NCBI GenBank assembly: GCA_963734495.1
Contig: CAVTHK010000007.1
Location: forward strand, 32,001-96,000
DNA length: 64,000 nt
Direction of reading: 5' to 3'
Source of the DNA: an uncultured Spirochaetota bacterium
GTDB taxonomy: Bacteria > Spirochaetota > Spirochaetia > SZUA-6 > CAVTHK01
The notes under the pieces are model-generated. The model was not told where the DNA came from, made no database searches, and was given only the letters and a program-made list of their open reading frames with translations. Positions 40,436 to 51,707 of the stretch are shown here, piece by piece. Position 1 is the stretch's first letter. The number at the start of each line of letters is the position of its first letter. The position numbers and the translations under genes are program-made.

Positions 40436-43078
40436 TCAGCTCGCGTCCGCCTCGGCGATGTTGTGCTGGGCGATCACCAGGTTCGCGACCGGCACCGAGT
40501 ACACCGAGCAGGAGACGTAGTCGAGCCCCGCCTGCATGCAGAACTCGATGTTCTCCGGCACCGCGCCGTGCTCGCCGCAGAGCCCGGTCTCGAGGCCCGG
40601 CCGCGTCATCCCGCCGCGCTTGACCGCGATCGCCACCAGCTCCTTGACGTAGTCGTTGAGGATCTGGAAGGGGTTGGCGGCCAGCAGGTCGAACTGGGTG
40701 TAGTCCGGCATGAAGCTGTTGATGTCGTCGCGCGAAAGGCCCGTCGTCGTCTGGGTCAGGTCGTTGGTGCCAAAGGAGAAGAACTCGGCGTACTTGGCGA
40801 TCTCGCCGGCTCCGAGTGCGGCCACGGGAAGCTCGATCATCGTGCCGATCTTGAACGGGACGGCGCGCGCCCTGGCCCTGGTGCGGACCTCGCGCTCGAT
40901 CTCCGCCAGGCCGCGGATCTCCTTGCCCTCGATCTTCTTGCCGTAGACGATGAGCTTGAGCTCGTTGTCGTTCATCACGACCGGGATCATGACCTCCGGG
41001 TCGACCTTGACGCCTTCCTTCTGCAGCTCGTAGACCGCCTCGAAGATCGCCTGGACCTGCATCTCGTAGATCTCGGGGTAGGAGACCGCGATGCGGCAGC
41101 CGCGGTGGCCGAGCATCGGGTTCATCTCGTGGAGGGCGTCGATCCGCGCCTGCACGTCGGCCCTGGACATCAGCCCGCTCTTGCGTCCCTTGTTGAGGTA
41201 ATCCATGAAGGCGCCGAGCTCCGCCGCCGTATGCGGCATGAACTCGTGCAGGGGCGCGTCGAGGAGCCGGATCGTGACCGGCTTGCCGCGCATGATCTTG
41301 AACAGCTTGTAGAAGTCCTGCCTCTGCACGCCCTTGAGCTTCGCCAGCGTGGCGACGCGCTCCTCGCGCGTCTCGGCGAACACCATCTGGCGGAAGAGGT
41401 TGATCCTCTCCTCCTGGAAGAACATGTGCTCGGTGCGCACGAGGCCGATGCCCTCGGCGCCGAAGCTCCTGGCGAGCTCCGCGTCCCGCGGCTTGTCGGC
41501 GTTGACGCGGACGTGGAAGTGCTTGACGTACTTCTTGACGATGCCGACGAAATCCAGCAGCCCGGAGTCGCCGGGGTCGGGCTCGATCGTGGACGCCTTG
41601 CCCAGGTAGATGTGGCACTCACCGTGGTTCGGCACGTCGACGGTCACATAGTCGCCCTGGTTGATGGTCACCGGGCCGATGGTCGCCTTGTTGGAGTAGA
41701 TGCGCATTTCGGGCTTCACGAGCGAGACCTTGCCGTACTGGCGCGCCACGACCGACGCGTGCGCCGCGTACCCGCCTTCGCTCGAGAGCACTCCGGTGGC
41801 CACCTCGATCGCCTTGACGTCCTCGGCGTACGAGGCCGGCAGGCAGAGGATCAGCCGCGGGTCCTGGCCCGTCTGGGCCGCGACCTTGGCCTCGGCCAGC
41901 AGGCCCTCCGTCGAGAAGAAGATGCGGCCGATGGCGGCGCCGGGCGCGCCGGCGATGCCGCCGGGGATCGTCTTGAGGCCCTTGATCGAGGACCGGTCGA
42001 CGATCGGGTGCAGGATGTCGGCGAGCTGGTTGGGCTTGACGTTCTGCACCAGGTACTTGTCGTCGATCAGCTTGCGCGAGTGCAGGTCGAGCAGCGTCCT
42101 GATGTCGGCCTGGGCGCTCTTGGAGATCACCGGCCGCTGGTCGATCAGCCAGAGCTTCTTGTTCTCGATCGTGAACCGCAGCGAGCGGATCTCGCGGAAG
42201 TGGTCCTCCACGGTCCGCGCGATCTTCTGGAGCTTGGTCAGGTAGGCGGGCGCGATCCTGTTGATGTCCTTGCCCGCGCCGACGACCGAGTCGAATTTCT
42301 CCTGGAAGAACTCGCCCTGCAGCTCGTTGGCGCCGAGCTGGATGTCGCGCGTAAAGAACATGCCGCTCGCCGAATCGCGGCCGTAGTTGCCGTACACCAT
42401 CGGCTGGATCAGCAGGGCGGTGTCGGCGGCCTCGGGGTCCTCGAGGCGCAGCATGTGGGCGACGCGGCGGATGGCGATCTCGAGCTGGCCGTAAGCGTCG
42501 TCGAAAAAGCCCTTGGGCAGCAGCGGCAGGTACTTGTCGATGTACTTCTGCCACTCCTTCGCGGGCAGGTCGTTCTTCAGGACCCGGCCGATCTCCGCCT
42601 GAGCCTCCTTGATGCGGGCCTGGTCCTTCGGCCGGCCCTCGGCCTCCGCGATCGCGGCTTCCACCGTGAACTGGCCGTTGAAGAGGAACAGCACCTCGTG
42701 CCACGCGAAGTTCTGGCCGACGAACTTGGCGAACCCCTCGATCGTGCCCTTGGCGAGCCCGTAGTTGTGCAGCACGGGGTGCGTCGCGATCACGAGGCTC
42801 GGGCTGATGACGATCTTGACCAGCATCGGGTTGCCGGTGTCGCCGAACACCTTGCCGACCTTGGGCTCGATGCGCTTGAAGCTGGTCTTCAGGCTCGCGG
42901 TGAGCGGCTGGTCTTTCAGAGTCGCCGTGAGCTCCGAGTCGAGGATGAACCCGGGCAGGATCGGCAGGCCGAGCTCGGCCAGGTCCATGACGTCGCGCCC
43001 GCGCGTCCCGATCGTCTCGAGGACCGCGGCGTCCTTTGCGTGCTCCGTGGCACTGAAGAAATGTATGTTGTTCTTCAT
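40436..43078 (-). CDS. PPDK-like PEP-utilising protein with degenerate ATP-grasp domain
   Basis: Intact His swivel (GGYAAHASVVAR) and PEP/pyruvate barrel (GIGLVRTEHMF, NPMLGHRGCR, FSFGTNDLTQ, LCGEHG); N-terminal nucleotide-binding motifs are altered. Confidence 0.85.
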   Translation of the reverse strand: MKNNIHFFSATEHAKDAAVLETIGTRGRDVMDLAELGLPILPGFILDSELTATLKDQPLTASLKTSFKRIEPKVGKVFGDTGNPMLVKIVISPSLVIATHPVLHNYGLAKGTIEGFAKFVGQNFAWHEVLFLFNGQFTVEAAIAEAEGRPKDQARIKEAQAEIGRVLKNDLPAKEWQKYIDKYLPLLPKGFFDDAYGQLEIAIRRVAHMLRLEDPEAADTALLIQPMVYGNYGRDSASGMFFTRDIQLGANELQGEFFQEKFDSVVGAGKDINRIAPAYLTKLQKIARTVEDHFREIRSLRFTIENKKLWLIDQRPVISKSAQADIRTLLDLHSRKLIDDKYLVQNVKPNQLADILHPIVDRSSIKGLKTIPGGIAGAPGAAIGRIFFSTEGLLAEAKVAAQTGQDPRLILCLPASYAEDVKAIEVATGVLSSEGGYAAHASVVARQYGKVSLVKPEMRIYSNKATIGPVTINQGDYVTVDVPNHGECHIYLGKASTIEPDPGDSGLLDFVGIVKKYVKHFHVRVNADKPRDAELARSFGAEGIGLVRTEHMFFQEERINLFRQMVFAETREERVATLAKLKGVQRQDFYKLFKIMRGKPVTIRLLDAPLHEFMPHTAAELGAFMDYLNKGRKSGLMSRADVQARIDALHEMNPMLGHRGCRIAVSYPEIYEMQVQAIFEAVYELQKEGVKVDPEVMIPVVMNDNELKLIVYGKKIEGKEIRGLAEIEREVRTRARARAVPFKIGTMIELPVAALGAGEIAKYAEFFSFGTNDLTQTTTGLSRDDINSFMPDYTQFDLLAANPFQILNDYVKELVAIAVKRGGMTRPGLETGLCGEHGAVPENIEFCMQAGLDYVSCSVYSVPVANLVIAQHNIAEADAS

Positions 43079-43135
43079 CGTATGCGCCCCTAGCGCGGTC
43101 CCCCGCGCTGTCTTTCTGCGCGGTCCGCCGCGCCC

Positions 43136-44203
43136 CTAGAAGAGGTTCAGGATCTGGCCCGGGCTGCCCTTGAGGAAAGCCTCGAACAGGTGGCTCGCCC
43201 CCTGCTTGAGGTAGCGCTGGAGCTTCGCCACGTCGCCGATGTTCTCGCCCTGCACCGAGAACATGACCGGCGTCCCCCTCTTGACCTTGCCCCACTTGAA
43301 CAGGGTGTTGATGTCGTGGATCCTCTCGCCCTCGTAGTAGACGTTGACCCGCAGGCCCGCGTGCGAGTGCTCGTAGCTCTGGATGATCTTTTTCCAGGCC
43401 TCGACGTTTCCGTTGTGGAAGAGCTCGTTGGTGACGAGCACGCCGTACAGCGGCGTCATGCGAACCCGGCCCGCGGCCGGGAGGGGCGCGGCAGCCGGCG
43501 CCGCGGCGGGCGCCGCCGCGGGAGCAGCGGCGGCCGCGGGGAACGCCGCCGCGGGGGCTGCGGCCCGCGCAGCGGGCGCGCGGCCGGCGCGCCGCGGCCC
43601 TGCGCCCCGGGCCCTGCCCGCGGCGCGCGGCACCGGCGCCGCGGCGGCCCGTGCCGCCTTTTTTGCCGGCGGCTTGAACCGGCCGCCGGTAAATGCGGAC
43701 GGAGTCTTGACCTTGCGGCCCTCCAGCAGCGCGATCAGGGTGTCGACGGCCTGGCCAAAGGCCGGACGGTCGTCGGTCTGACCGAAGGCGCCGCAGTAAA
43801 CCGTGACGAGCTCCGTCTTCTTGAACGACTGGACCGCCTTGAGGTGGTCTTCGTTCTTCGGGTTGATCAGCGTCAGGCCCAGCTCGGGCGAGTAGTAGGC
43901 GATCACGACGTCCACCGCGGTCCAGCGGCTGCACTCTTCGCGGATCGCATCGAGGTCCTCGACGTTCTCGGTGAGGTTGTGGGAGCGCGAGCGGTAGTGG
44001 TAGCGGTCGACCAGAAGGGCGTTCGCGATGGGCTGGATCTGCGCGCCTTCGATCGCTTTGGATCCCAGAAGCTCGTTGACCTGGTCAGCGAGGTTGGTGT
44101 TGCCCTCGAGGTCGCCCACGATGGCCATGACCTGCTTGAAGTGACGCAGGGACAGGTTGAAGCCCTCGCGCGTCGCCAAGCCCTCGTACTGGGTGCTAAG
44201 CAT
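43136..44203 (-). CDS. conserved spirochaete hypothetical protein (TP0747-like) with Ala/Pro linker and HPr-like C-terminal domain
   Basis: Lies between cfpA and the PPDK-like gene. C-terminus VTNELFHNGN...VNVYYEGERI..INTLFKWGKVKRGTPVMFSVQGEN aligns by eye to HPr. Confidence 0.75.
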   Translation of the reverse strand: MLSTQYEGLATREGFNLSLRHFKQVMAIVGDLEGNTNLADQVNELLGSKAIEGAQIQPIANALLVDRYHYRSRSHNLTENVEDLDAIREECSRWTAVDVVIAYYSPELGLTLINPKNEDHLKAVQSFKKTELVTVYCGAFGQTDDRPAFGQAVDTLIALLEGRKVKTPSAFTGGRFKPPAKKAARAAAAPVPRAAGRARGAGPRRAGRAPAARAAAPAAAFPAAAAAPAAAPAAAPAAAPLPAAGRVRMTPLYGVLVTNELFHNGNVEAWKKIIQSYEHSHAGLRVNVYYEGERIHDINTLFKWGKVKRGTPVMFSVQGENIGDVAKLQRYLKQGASHLFEAFLKGSPGQILNLF

Positions 44204-44273
44204 AATGCCTTCCTGTAAATTAAAATGGTGACCCCCCCGGAGAGAGGTCACCATTTCATCTCATGTCGAAAGT

Positions 44274-46328
44274 TCAGATCTCGGTGAGACCGCTGCGGTC
44301 CCCGCCGCGGCCGCGTCCGCCGCGCGCGCGCCCTCTGCCTCCGCGCCGCCCGGTGTCCACGACGCCGCGTCCGCGCCGTCCCGCCGGGGTCCTGCGCCTC
44401 GCCGCGGCGGGCGCCGGGGCCTGCGCTGCCGGCTCGTTGAGGGCCGCGAGATAGTCGGCGCCCGACGTGGCCGGCTGCCCGGCCGCTTCGGCCTCGGCCG
44501 TCCCGGCGAACGACTGGGCGATGTCCTCGCGGACGGTCGAGCGCCTGCGGGAGAACGAGGCGAAGGCGGCGTCCGCGAAGCCCTTGGACACGCCGTTCAG
44601 GAACTCGTTCAGCACGTTGGCCATGCCGTCGAGAGTGGCCTTCTTCTTCTTGATCGAGGTGATGTCGACGTCCAGCATGAGGCCGGGCTGCATGTGGTAG
44701 GGGTTGATCTTGTAGTCGTACTCGTTGAAGTTCTGCTCGAGCACCTGAAGCCGCTCTTCCATGACGCGGCGCTGGATCGGGTACCGGTAGCTGTACATCC
44801 TGGCGAGCTGCTCGCGCATGAGGATCAGCCGCTTCTTGATCTTGCCCTTCTCGAAGAGGTAGGTGCGGTTCATCCGCTCGACGTCGGTGTCGCCCGGGTT
44901 GATGAACGTGATCTCGTCCCAGGTCTTCTCGATGTCCTCGTACAGCGGGTCGCCGGTGCGAGCCTTGATCCGCTTGCGGATCTTGTTCCGCTGCCGCTTG
45001 GCGAGGTCGTTGAAGTCCACGATCCCTTTCATGAACTTGCTGTCGACATAGGTCATGTCGAGCACGTCCCAGAGGTGCTGCACCTCGATCTCGAAGCTCT
45101 GGATCTGGGCATCGTAGGCCTTGCGCTCCTCGATGAGCTGGGAGCTGTCGTAGTACTTCATCCGGATCTGGTAGCGCTCGTCCGGCAGCTGGCTGGCATC
45201 GGTCTCCTCGTACTCGCGCAGCATCATCTCGCGCGCGTTCTTGAGGTTCTCGATGTACTGGTAGCCCATCTTGGAGGTGTCGAGGATCGACGTGATCGAG
45301 TTGATCGCGGTGTTGAAGCCCCGGTTGCGGATGTTCTCGACGTCGATGATCTTCTTCAGGTTCTCGCGGATGTTCAGGGGGTCGTACTCGTTGGGGTCGA
45401 TCTCGGCGCGCAGGCCCTCGATGCGGTCCATGAGGTGCTTGCCGAAGAACTGGTAGCGCCGGCTCTTGGCGTTCTCCTTGTCGTCGGCCGCGTAGTTCTC
45501 GACCCGCCTCATCTTCTCGAAGATGATCTCGGAGTCGTTGAGCTCTTCCTTGCCTTCCTCGACGAGCTGCTCCTTGAGCTTCTCGATCTCGTGATCGATG
45601 TGGTCCATGATCATCTTGGAGATGAGGTCCTTGATGATGTACTCGACGGTGACCTGGTAGTGGAAGATCGGGCTGATGAGCTCGGAGTCCAGGATGTTCA
45701 CCGAGAGCTTGACGTCCGAGACCGTCTTGGGCCTGCGGAGGTTGTCCTTGAAGGAGCACTTGATGATCGAGTAGGCGTTCTCGCCGCGGATAAAGGCGCC
45801 GACGTCGGTCTTCTGCCGCAGGAGCGAGTTGGTCAGGTTCTCCAGGTCGTTGACGCCGCGCTGGATGTGGCCCTGGAGGTGGCCGTACATGTTGACGATC
45901 GACTTCTCGATCTCACCGGTGTTGAACTTGTCCGCGCCGCCGACCTCGTCGAGCAGGCTCGCGATCTCCTTGGGAGTGTAGCGGGCGAGGACCTTGGTCT
46001 CTTCCTTGTCGATGAAGTTGCGGACCTTCTTCACCATCTCGTCTTCCGACGTGACGATGTAGCGGTTGAACATGTTCTGGTAGTGCTGGTTGAAGTAGTT
46101 GTAGACTTTCTCCTTCAACCCGCCCATTATGTCAACTCTCTCCAAGACCTCCTTGGGGAGCTTGGAGGTCATGTGGTTCATGACCTTGTCGACTTCCTCG
46201 GTCAGGAGCAGGTCCACCTCGGCCTGCTGGTCACGGAACTCCTGGGCAAGAGAGTTCCTCGAACCGACGGCGCTGGGCTTTTCAGGGTGGAATATGTTCG
46301 GGCTCTTGGGAAGATCAATCGCTGCCAT
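44274..46328 (-). CDS. cfpA: cytoplasmic filament protein A
   Basis: N-terminus [30 protein letters not shown] matches treponemal CfpA as recalled; strongly biased codon usage; ~684 aa. Confidence 0.93.
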   Translation of the reverse strand: MAAIDLPKSPNIFHPEKPSAVGSRNSLAQEFRDQQAEVDLLLTEEVDKVMNHMTSKLPKEVLERVDIMGGLKEKVYNYFNQHYQNMFNRYIVTSEDEMVKKVRNFIDKEETKVLARYTPKEIASLLDEVGGADKFNTGEIEKSIVNMYGHLQGHIQRGVNDLENLTNSLLRQKTDVGAFIRGENAYSIIKCSFKDNLRRPKTVSDVKLSVNILDSELISPIFHYQVTVEYIIKDLISKMIMDHIDHEIEKLKEQLVEEGKEELNDSEIIFEKMRRVENYAADDKENAKSRRYQFFGKHLMDRIEGLRAEIDPNEYDPLNIRENLKKIIDVENIRNRGFNTAINSITSILDTSKMGYQYIENLKNAREMMLREYEETDASQLPDERYQIRMKYYDSSQLIEERKAYDAQIQSFEIEVQHLWDVLDMTYVDSKFMKGIVDFNDLAKRQRNKIRKRIKARTGDPLYEDIEKTWDEITFINPGDTDVERMNRTYLFEKGKIKKRLILMREQLARMYSYRYPIQRRVMEERLQVLEQNFNEYDYKINPYHMQPGLMLDVDITSIKKKKATLDGMANVLNEFLNGVSKGFADAAFASFSRRRSTVREDIAQSFAGTAEAEAAGQPATSGADYLAALNEPAAQAPAPAAARRRTPAGRRGRGVVDTGRRGGRGRARGGRGRGGDRSGLTEI

Positions 46329-46360
46329 TCGACACACTCCTTACGGCGATTTCGCGACAA

Positions 46361-46389
46361 AGATTAGCTCTTCACAACCGAAATGTAAA
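46361..46389 (-). promoter_or_regulatory. sigma70-type promoter of the cfpA operon
   Basis: TTTACA (46389-46384), 17 bp, TAATCT (46366-46361), with an A-rich UP-like region upstream and SD AAGGAG. Confidence 0.65.
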
Positions 46390-46466
46390 GCTCGTTTTCT
46401 CGTTTTTTCCCTTCCATTATTCTGTTTTTTGCGGCAATGTTAGTGGAAATACGCCGGGGGTGCAGC

Positions 46467-47999
46467 ATGCCGCGAACTTTTGTCCGTCCCTTCCTGGCGG
46501 CGCTCCTGTCATGTGTCGCCCTCGTCTCGGCGGCGGCAGACGACAGGACTGAGCCGATCGACTTCATGATAGCACTTGACCGCTCGCTTTCCATGCGCCA
46601 GGAAATCGACGCGGTCAAGGAGTACGTGAAGACCCAAGTCGTCGACCAGATCCTCCAGCCCGGCGACACCTTCATCGTGGTCGCCTTCTACGGACAGAAC
46701 GAGTTGGCGGTCTTCGAGAACCTGACCGCCGCGACCGACAAGGCGGCGATCAAGCGGACCATCGACGGCCTCACGCCCAAGGAGGCCTTCACCGACATCG
46801 GCTTCGCTCTCGACCGTCTGCGGGACGAGGTGCGCACGCGGTGCAACCCGACGCACAAGAAGACCCTGATCCTGGTCACCGACGGCATCGACGAGCCGCC
46901 GCCCGGCAGCAAGTACTCCGATCCCGGCAGCTGGCGGGGCCACGAGTACATGCGCGTCACCAGCGAGACGCAGAAGGAAGGCTGGAAAGTCATCGTGCTC
47001 GGCGTCGGCGACCAGACTCTCGCCCCGTCGGGCGGGACCCCGGGCGCGCCGGGGACCTCGGTCACGCCGGGAACGACCGGCGCGGGCGCGGCCCCCGGAA
47101 CTACGGGGACGACGGGCAAGACAGGGGCCGCGGCCGAGCCGAGCTCCGTGCAGCAGCTCGCCAAGGACCTCGGGGGCCAGTACGTGCCGGCAGGCCAGCA
47201 GCCGAGCGCCGGACAGATCGCCCAGGTGATGCCCGACCTGACAGGCCGGATGACGGTCGAAGGGATCTCCGTCAGCCCGATGAACCGCTCCGGCGAGGCG
47301 CAGGCGGTGGTTCGCGTGAAGACCGAGTCGTACAGCTCGCGGCCTCAGATCTGGATCTCCGGGCTGTCCTTCAAAGGTGAAGGGCCATCCGGCCCCGTCA
47401 GCCTCGACGGCCTGATCAGCCAGCCCGTCATCGTGCCCCTGCCCCAGTCGGGGGTCACGGAGCTCCATCTCGACCTGCGCGCGGCGCAGCCCCCGTCGCC
47501 GGGATCGTACAAAGGGACCCTCGAGTTCGCGTTCGGCGACAAGGACCAGTTCCCCGCGAGCCAGCCCGTCGAGATGCGCGTGAACTCGCTGCTGCAGGAG
47601 TACCCGTGGATCGTGCCCGTGGCAGCCGTGGCTCTCGCCGCGGTCGTCGCGCTCCTGCTGCTCGGGATCGCCGCCTCGAACCGGATCAAGGTCCGGCTGC
47701 TGGTCGAGGAAAAGCCCATGCCGGCGGGCAGGGACGTCTTCAGCCTGCGCAAAGGCAGGGACTCGTACCTGCGGGAGGCCCGCGAGCGGTTCGACATCGC
47801 CGAGGTGAGGACCCCCAAGACGATCGCGCGCCTGGTGGCCAGCAGGGCCGGCGGCGCGAAAGAGGTGTCCCTGGCCAGGGTCAAGCCCGAGCGCTTCCCG
47901 GAGCTGGACGACGACGAGCAGAACGTGCTCGACGGCCGCTACGTCGTGCGCTCCGAGACCGGGGGAACCTTCCACCTGAGATTCGAGCGTGTCCCGTAG
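46467..47999 (+). CDS. secreted/membrane-anchored vWA-domain protein (TP0750-like)
   Basis: Signal peptide; MIDAS DRSLSM...TD...TDG; Thr/Gly/Pro linker; C-terminal TM. Confidence 0.82.
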   Translation: MPRTFVRPFLAALLSCVALVSAAADDRTEPIDFMIALDRSLSMRQEIDAVKEYVKTQVVDQILQPGDTFIVVAFYGQNELAVFENLTAATDKAAIKRTIDGLTPKEAFTDIGFALDRLRDEVRTRCNPTHKKTLILVTDGIDEPPPGSKYSDPGSWRGHEYMRVTSETQKEGWKVIVLGVGDQTLAPSGGTPGAPGTSVTPGTTGAGAAPGTTGTTGKTGAAAEPSSVQQLAKDLGGQYVPAGQQPSAGQIAQVMPDLTGRMTVEGISVSPMNRSGEAQAVVRVKTESYSSRPQIWISGLSFKGEGPSGPVSLDGLISQPVIVPLPQSGVTELHLDLRAAQPPSPGSYKGTLEFAFGDKDQFPASQPVEMRVNSLLQEYPWIVPVAAVALAAVVALLLLGIAASNRIKVRLLVEEKPMPAGRDVFSLRKGRDSYLREARERFDIAEVRTPKTIARLVASRAGGAKEVSLARVKPERFPELDDDEQNVLDGRYVVRSETGGTFHLRFERVP

Positions 48000-49141
48000 T
48001 CCGGAGCGGCCCTGCCTCCTCGTCTTCGAGCGAGGTCTCTCGATACCGATTCCGGACCTGCGGAGGTTGCCGGGCCTCTTGTTCCCGGTGCTGGGGGACT
48101 ACTGCCTGCTCGACTTTCTCCTCGCGTCGCTTGCGACCCCTCGAGCCGCGCGTGATCATCGCGCTCGAGGAGCGCGCGCGCGACCTCCTCGCGCCCGCGA
48201 TGGAGCGCTGGGCGGGATTCGGCGTCGAAACGGTCGTGCTGGAGCCGGGCGCGGAAGCCGTGGCGGAGCTCCTGGGGTCGATCGACTCGGAGGAGCTGCT
48301 GATCTGCTCCACGACCTTCGCGGCGATGTTCGACCCGGCGCGCCTGGCGTCGGAGCTGCGCACCCCGCGCAGGGAGCGGCTCTCGAAGATCACTGTGGAC
48401 GGGACACCGCTGGACTTCTATGCGGCCCGCAAGAAGAGCCTGATCGCGGCCCTCCGCGAGCCGACGGCGCACGCGAACGCGGAGGAGCCCTTCATCGACG
48501 CGTTCTTCGAGCGCAGGCTGCACGCCGGCTTCAACCACGTGACGGAGCTCCCCGGGAGGGTCGTCCTGTGCCGCAACCTGACGCAGTTCTACCATCAGAA
48601 CCTCTACATGGCGCGCCGCCCCGTGGAGTGGGCCTCCTGGCGCGACCGGCTCGACCGCTTTCGCGGTGAGAGCCGGGCCGTCTACGTCGCCGCGAGCGGC
48701 TACGTCAAGAGCTCGCTCCTCTCCTCGGGCACCGACGTCGCGGGCGAGGTGGAGAACTCGGTCCTTTACCCGGGAGTCACCGTCGCCGCCGGTTCGCTGG
48801 TGCGCGACTCGGTGGTGATGAGCCATAATCATGTCGGCCGCGGGGCGGTGCTGCAGCGGACCCTGGTGCTGCCGGGACGCGACCGCATCCGCAGCCGCCC
48901 GACCGTGGAGGAAAAGGCAGTCGTGGGAGGGGAGACGGTCAACATCAGCAACAGCCGGTTCCCGGAGCAGATCCGCGACGGGATCACGGTGATCGGTCCG
49001 GGCGTCGAGGTGCCGCGGGGCATCGCCGTCGATCAGGGGTGCTACCTGAGCGCCTCCTACCCGCCGGCGGCCCTCAAACGCCTGCACAAGCTCGCGAGGG
49101 GGTCCAGTTACCTCATCGAGAAGGCCGCCGATGGGGTTTGA
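47989..49141 (+). CDS. GlgC/GlgD-like nucleotidyltransferase-fold protein with left-handed beta-helix (likely non-catalytic; 1 frameshift)
   Basis: LFPVLGDYCLLDFLL resembles GlgC/D 'PFGGxYRLIDF'; C-terminal GEVENSVLYPGVTV..GSLVRDSVVM; no LAGG catalytic loop. Shift near 48135. Confidence 0.6.
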
Positions 49142-50108
49142 GCATCTCGCCCGCTTCCTGCGGAGGCACGACCGGTTCATCATCACGGCGCACGAGACGC
49201 CCGACGGCGATGCGATCGGCAGCGAGGTCGCGGCGCTGCGCGCCCTGCGGCGCATGGGCAAGCGCGCCATCATCGTCAACGCAGACCCGTCCCCCTTCAA
49301 TTTCGCTTTCCTGGACCCCGGTTCCGAGACGGTGGTGCTCGCCCAGGCGGGCAGGCTTCCCGACGACCTGGCCGACAGCGCCCTGCTCGTGCTCGATGTC
49401 GCCGATCCCACCAACATCGGCGCGGTCTCGAGCCTGGTGCTGCCCAGGGTGCGCGACTTCTTCTACGTGGACCACCACGAAATCACCGGCCTCGACCCTC
49501 GGCACAACTACGTGGACCGGGACGCGTCGTCGACGTGCGAGATCCTCTATCGCCTCTTCGCGGAGCTCGGCCTCGCGATCGACTACGAGATCGCGCAGCC
49601 GCTCTTCGTGGGGATCGTCTACGACACGGGGAGCTTCGTCTATCCCAAGACGACGGCCTCGACCTTCGGCATCGCCCAGCGCCTCGTCGAGGCGGGCATC
49701 AGCCCGAACGACATCTACAGCCGGATCTACGAGTGCCGGACGATCTCGTTCCTCAAGCTCGAGGCGCGCGTGCTCGCCACCCTGGAGTTCCACTACGGCT
49801 ACGGCGTCGCCGTGCAGACCATGACGGCCGAAACGATCCGGGAGTCCGGGTCGGCGTACGAGGAGGCCCAGACGCTGATCAACACGCCGCTGAGCGCGGA
49901 AAAGGTCAAGGTGTCGATCTTCTTCAAGCAGAATCTCGAAGGGCTCGTGCGCTGCTCCCTGCGCTCCAAGGGCGACATCGACGTCGCATCCATCGCGAGC
50001 GACTACCGCGGCGGCGGCCACAGGACGGCGGCCGGCTTCAAGCTCGACCGCCCCCTTGAAGTCGTCAAGCCCGAAGTGCTACAAAAGCTCGCGGTCTACT
50101 TCCGGTAG
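49131..50108 (+). CDS. nrnA: DHH/DHHA1 phosphoesterase (NrnA-like oligoribonuclease/PAP phosphatase)
   Basis: HETPDGDAIGS, VDHH, YDTGSF, SLRSK, GGGHRTAAG. Confidence 0.88.
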   Translation: MGFEHLARFLRRHDRFIITAHETPDGDAIGSEVAALRALRRMGKRAIIVNADPSPFNFAFLDPGSETVVLAQAGRLPDDLADSALLVLDVADPTNIGAVSSLVLPRVRDFFYVDHHEITGLDPRHNYVDRDASSTCEILYRLFAELGLAIDYEIAQPLFVGIVYDTGSFVYPKTTASTFGIAQRLVEAGISPNDIYSRIYECRTISFLKLEARVLATLEFHYGYGVAVQTMTAETIRESGSAYEEAQTLINTPLSAEKVKVSIFFKQNLEGLVRCSLRSKGDIDVASIASDYRGGGHRTAAGFKLDRPLEVVKPEVLQKLAVYFR

Positions 50109-50122
50109 CCGCCCGTCCCCCG

Positions 50123-51707
50123 ATGTCGAAGAGCCCCGCGATCGCCGCCGCATTTGCATGCTCGATCCTCCTGGCCGGATGCGGGGGCGCCAGGGGCCTC
50201 CCCGATCCGCCCGCCGGCCACGTGGTCGCGCCCCTCGCGCGCCCCGCGGGCCAGGCGGCGTCCGCCGGAGAGCGGCCTGCAGCCGGGCCGCAGGCGGCGG
50301 CGGCCCCGTCCCAGGCGCAGGCCGCCGCGAGCCAGGCGCCGACCCCGCGCCTCGCGCTTGCGCCGGGCGACCGGCTCCTCGACCTGATCGACACCAACCT
50401 CGACCTGGACCCGCCCGACGAGCAGATCCTCGTCGTGCAGTCCGGCGAGGGCCAGCCCATCCGCATCCTCGTGGCGGACTACGACGAGATCCGCCAGGGA
50501 TGGCGGCGGGCGGCGGATTACGCGACTCTCGCCACGAACGCCAGGGCCTTCCGCGTCGAGACCGAGGACATCGTCGGCGACTACACCCTCGAGATCGTCG
50601 CCCAGGGGGTGACCGCCGATTCCCGGACGACGCTCGACGTCCTGCGCCGGGTGCCGGCGCAGTCGGGCACCGGCATTTCGTTCACCCCGATCATCAGCGT
50701 GAGCGCCGACCGCTCCATCACGATCGACCGCCACCGCAGGCCGCAGTCGTACCAGTTCGGCCAGAGGTACGACGAGAGCTTCCCGATCTTTGTCGAGCGC
50801 AGTGACCCGCAGTCCGCCAACCAGCTCGACACCATTCGGGAGACCTGGCGCTGGCGCAACCAGGAGCGGCGGTACTCGAAGACCCTGGAGGAACGGATCC
50901 CCGGCGCGCATTTCGCGGTCGAAGCAGCTCGAGCAGCTCTTCTCGCCCGCGGCCACGGAGGCCGACTACCAGCAGTTCCTCGCCGGCCCGTGGTACCGCA
51001 AGAACGACGTCAAGAGCGTGCTCATGTTCGACGGGCGCACGATGAGCTTCTCCGACGGCGACGTTCAGGAGATCTACCAGATCGACTACTTCTCGCGGTC
51101 CGGCAACACGGTGCACCTCGACGCGCACAATTCCGCGCTGCAGCAGATCAAGAAGTGGATCACCCTGGTCATCGCGTCGCCCAACACGCTGCGGGTCGAC
51201 GTTCGCAACACCCCGTGGATCGCCGAAGAGGACCCGTGGCGGGGGAGTACGAGCGGCTGACCGCGGACCTCCAGCAGTCCGTGCTCGCGGCCCTGCGGAG
51301 GGCCCCGTCGGCCCCGCCCGCCCGCCTGGTCGGCATCTTCCGCGGCAGCGACGGCGTCGAGATCGCCTTCGATGCCCCTTCGTTCACGTGGATCGGCGCC
51401 GACGGCAGGAGCTCGGGCGGCGGGTTCGCGGTGATGGAGGGGCTGCCGCTCCTGAACGCGCACTACCTGGAGCGGGACGTTGCCGGCCCGGATCAACGTG
51501 ATCAACTTCAAGTTCCTCGAGGAGGCCGGGCTCAAGTCGACGGACAAGAGCTATCTCCTCGAGTACAAGGAGAAGGCCGACGCGAGCGCGGTCGTGCGCA
51601 CGATCGCGCTCACGCCGGTGAGCCTCACCGTGCGCGGTGCGGTGGCGACGAGCCATGACGCCGCCGTCTACGAGCAGATCGAAATGAAGGGTGACCCCCC
51701 GCGATGA
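50123..51707 (+). CDS. pallilysin-related adhesin lipoprotein (about 3 frameshifts)
   Basis: Lipobox LAGC; Ala/Pro-rich linker; NLDLDPPDEQILV; position in the cfpA-vWA neighbourhood. Shifts near 50910, 51240, 51480. Confidence 0.65.

Noticed and set aside
46359-46377. Rex operator upstream of cfpA
   Set aside because: Only one TTGTGAA half-site; the second half does not match.
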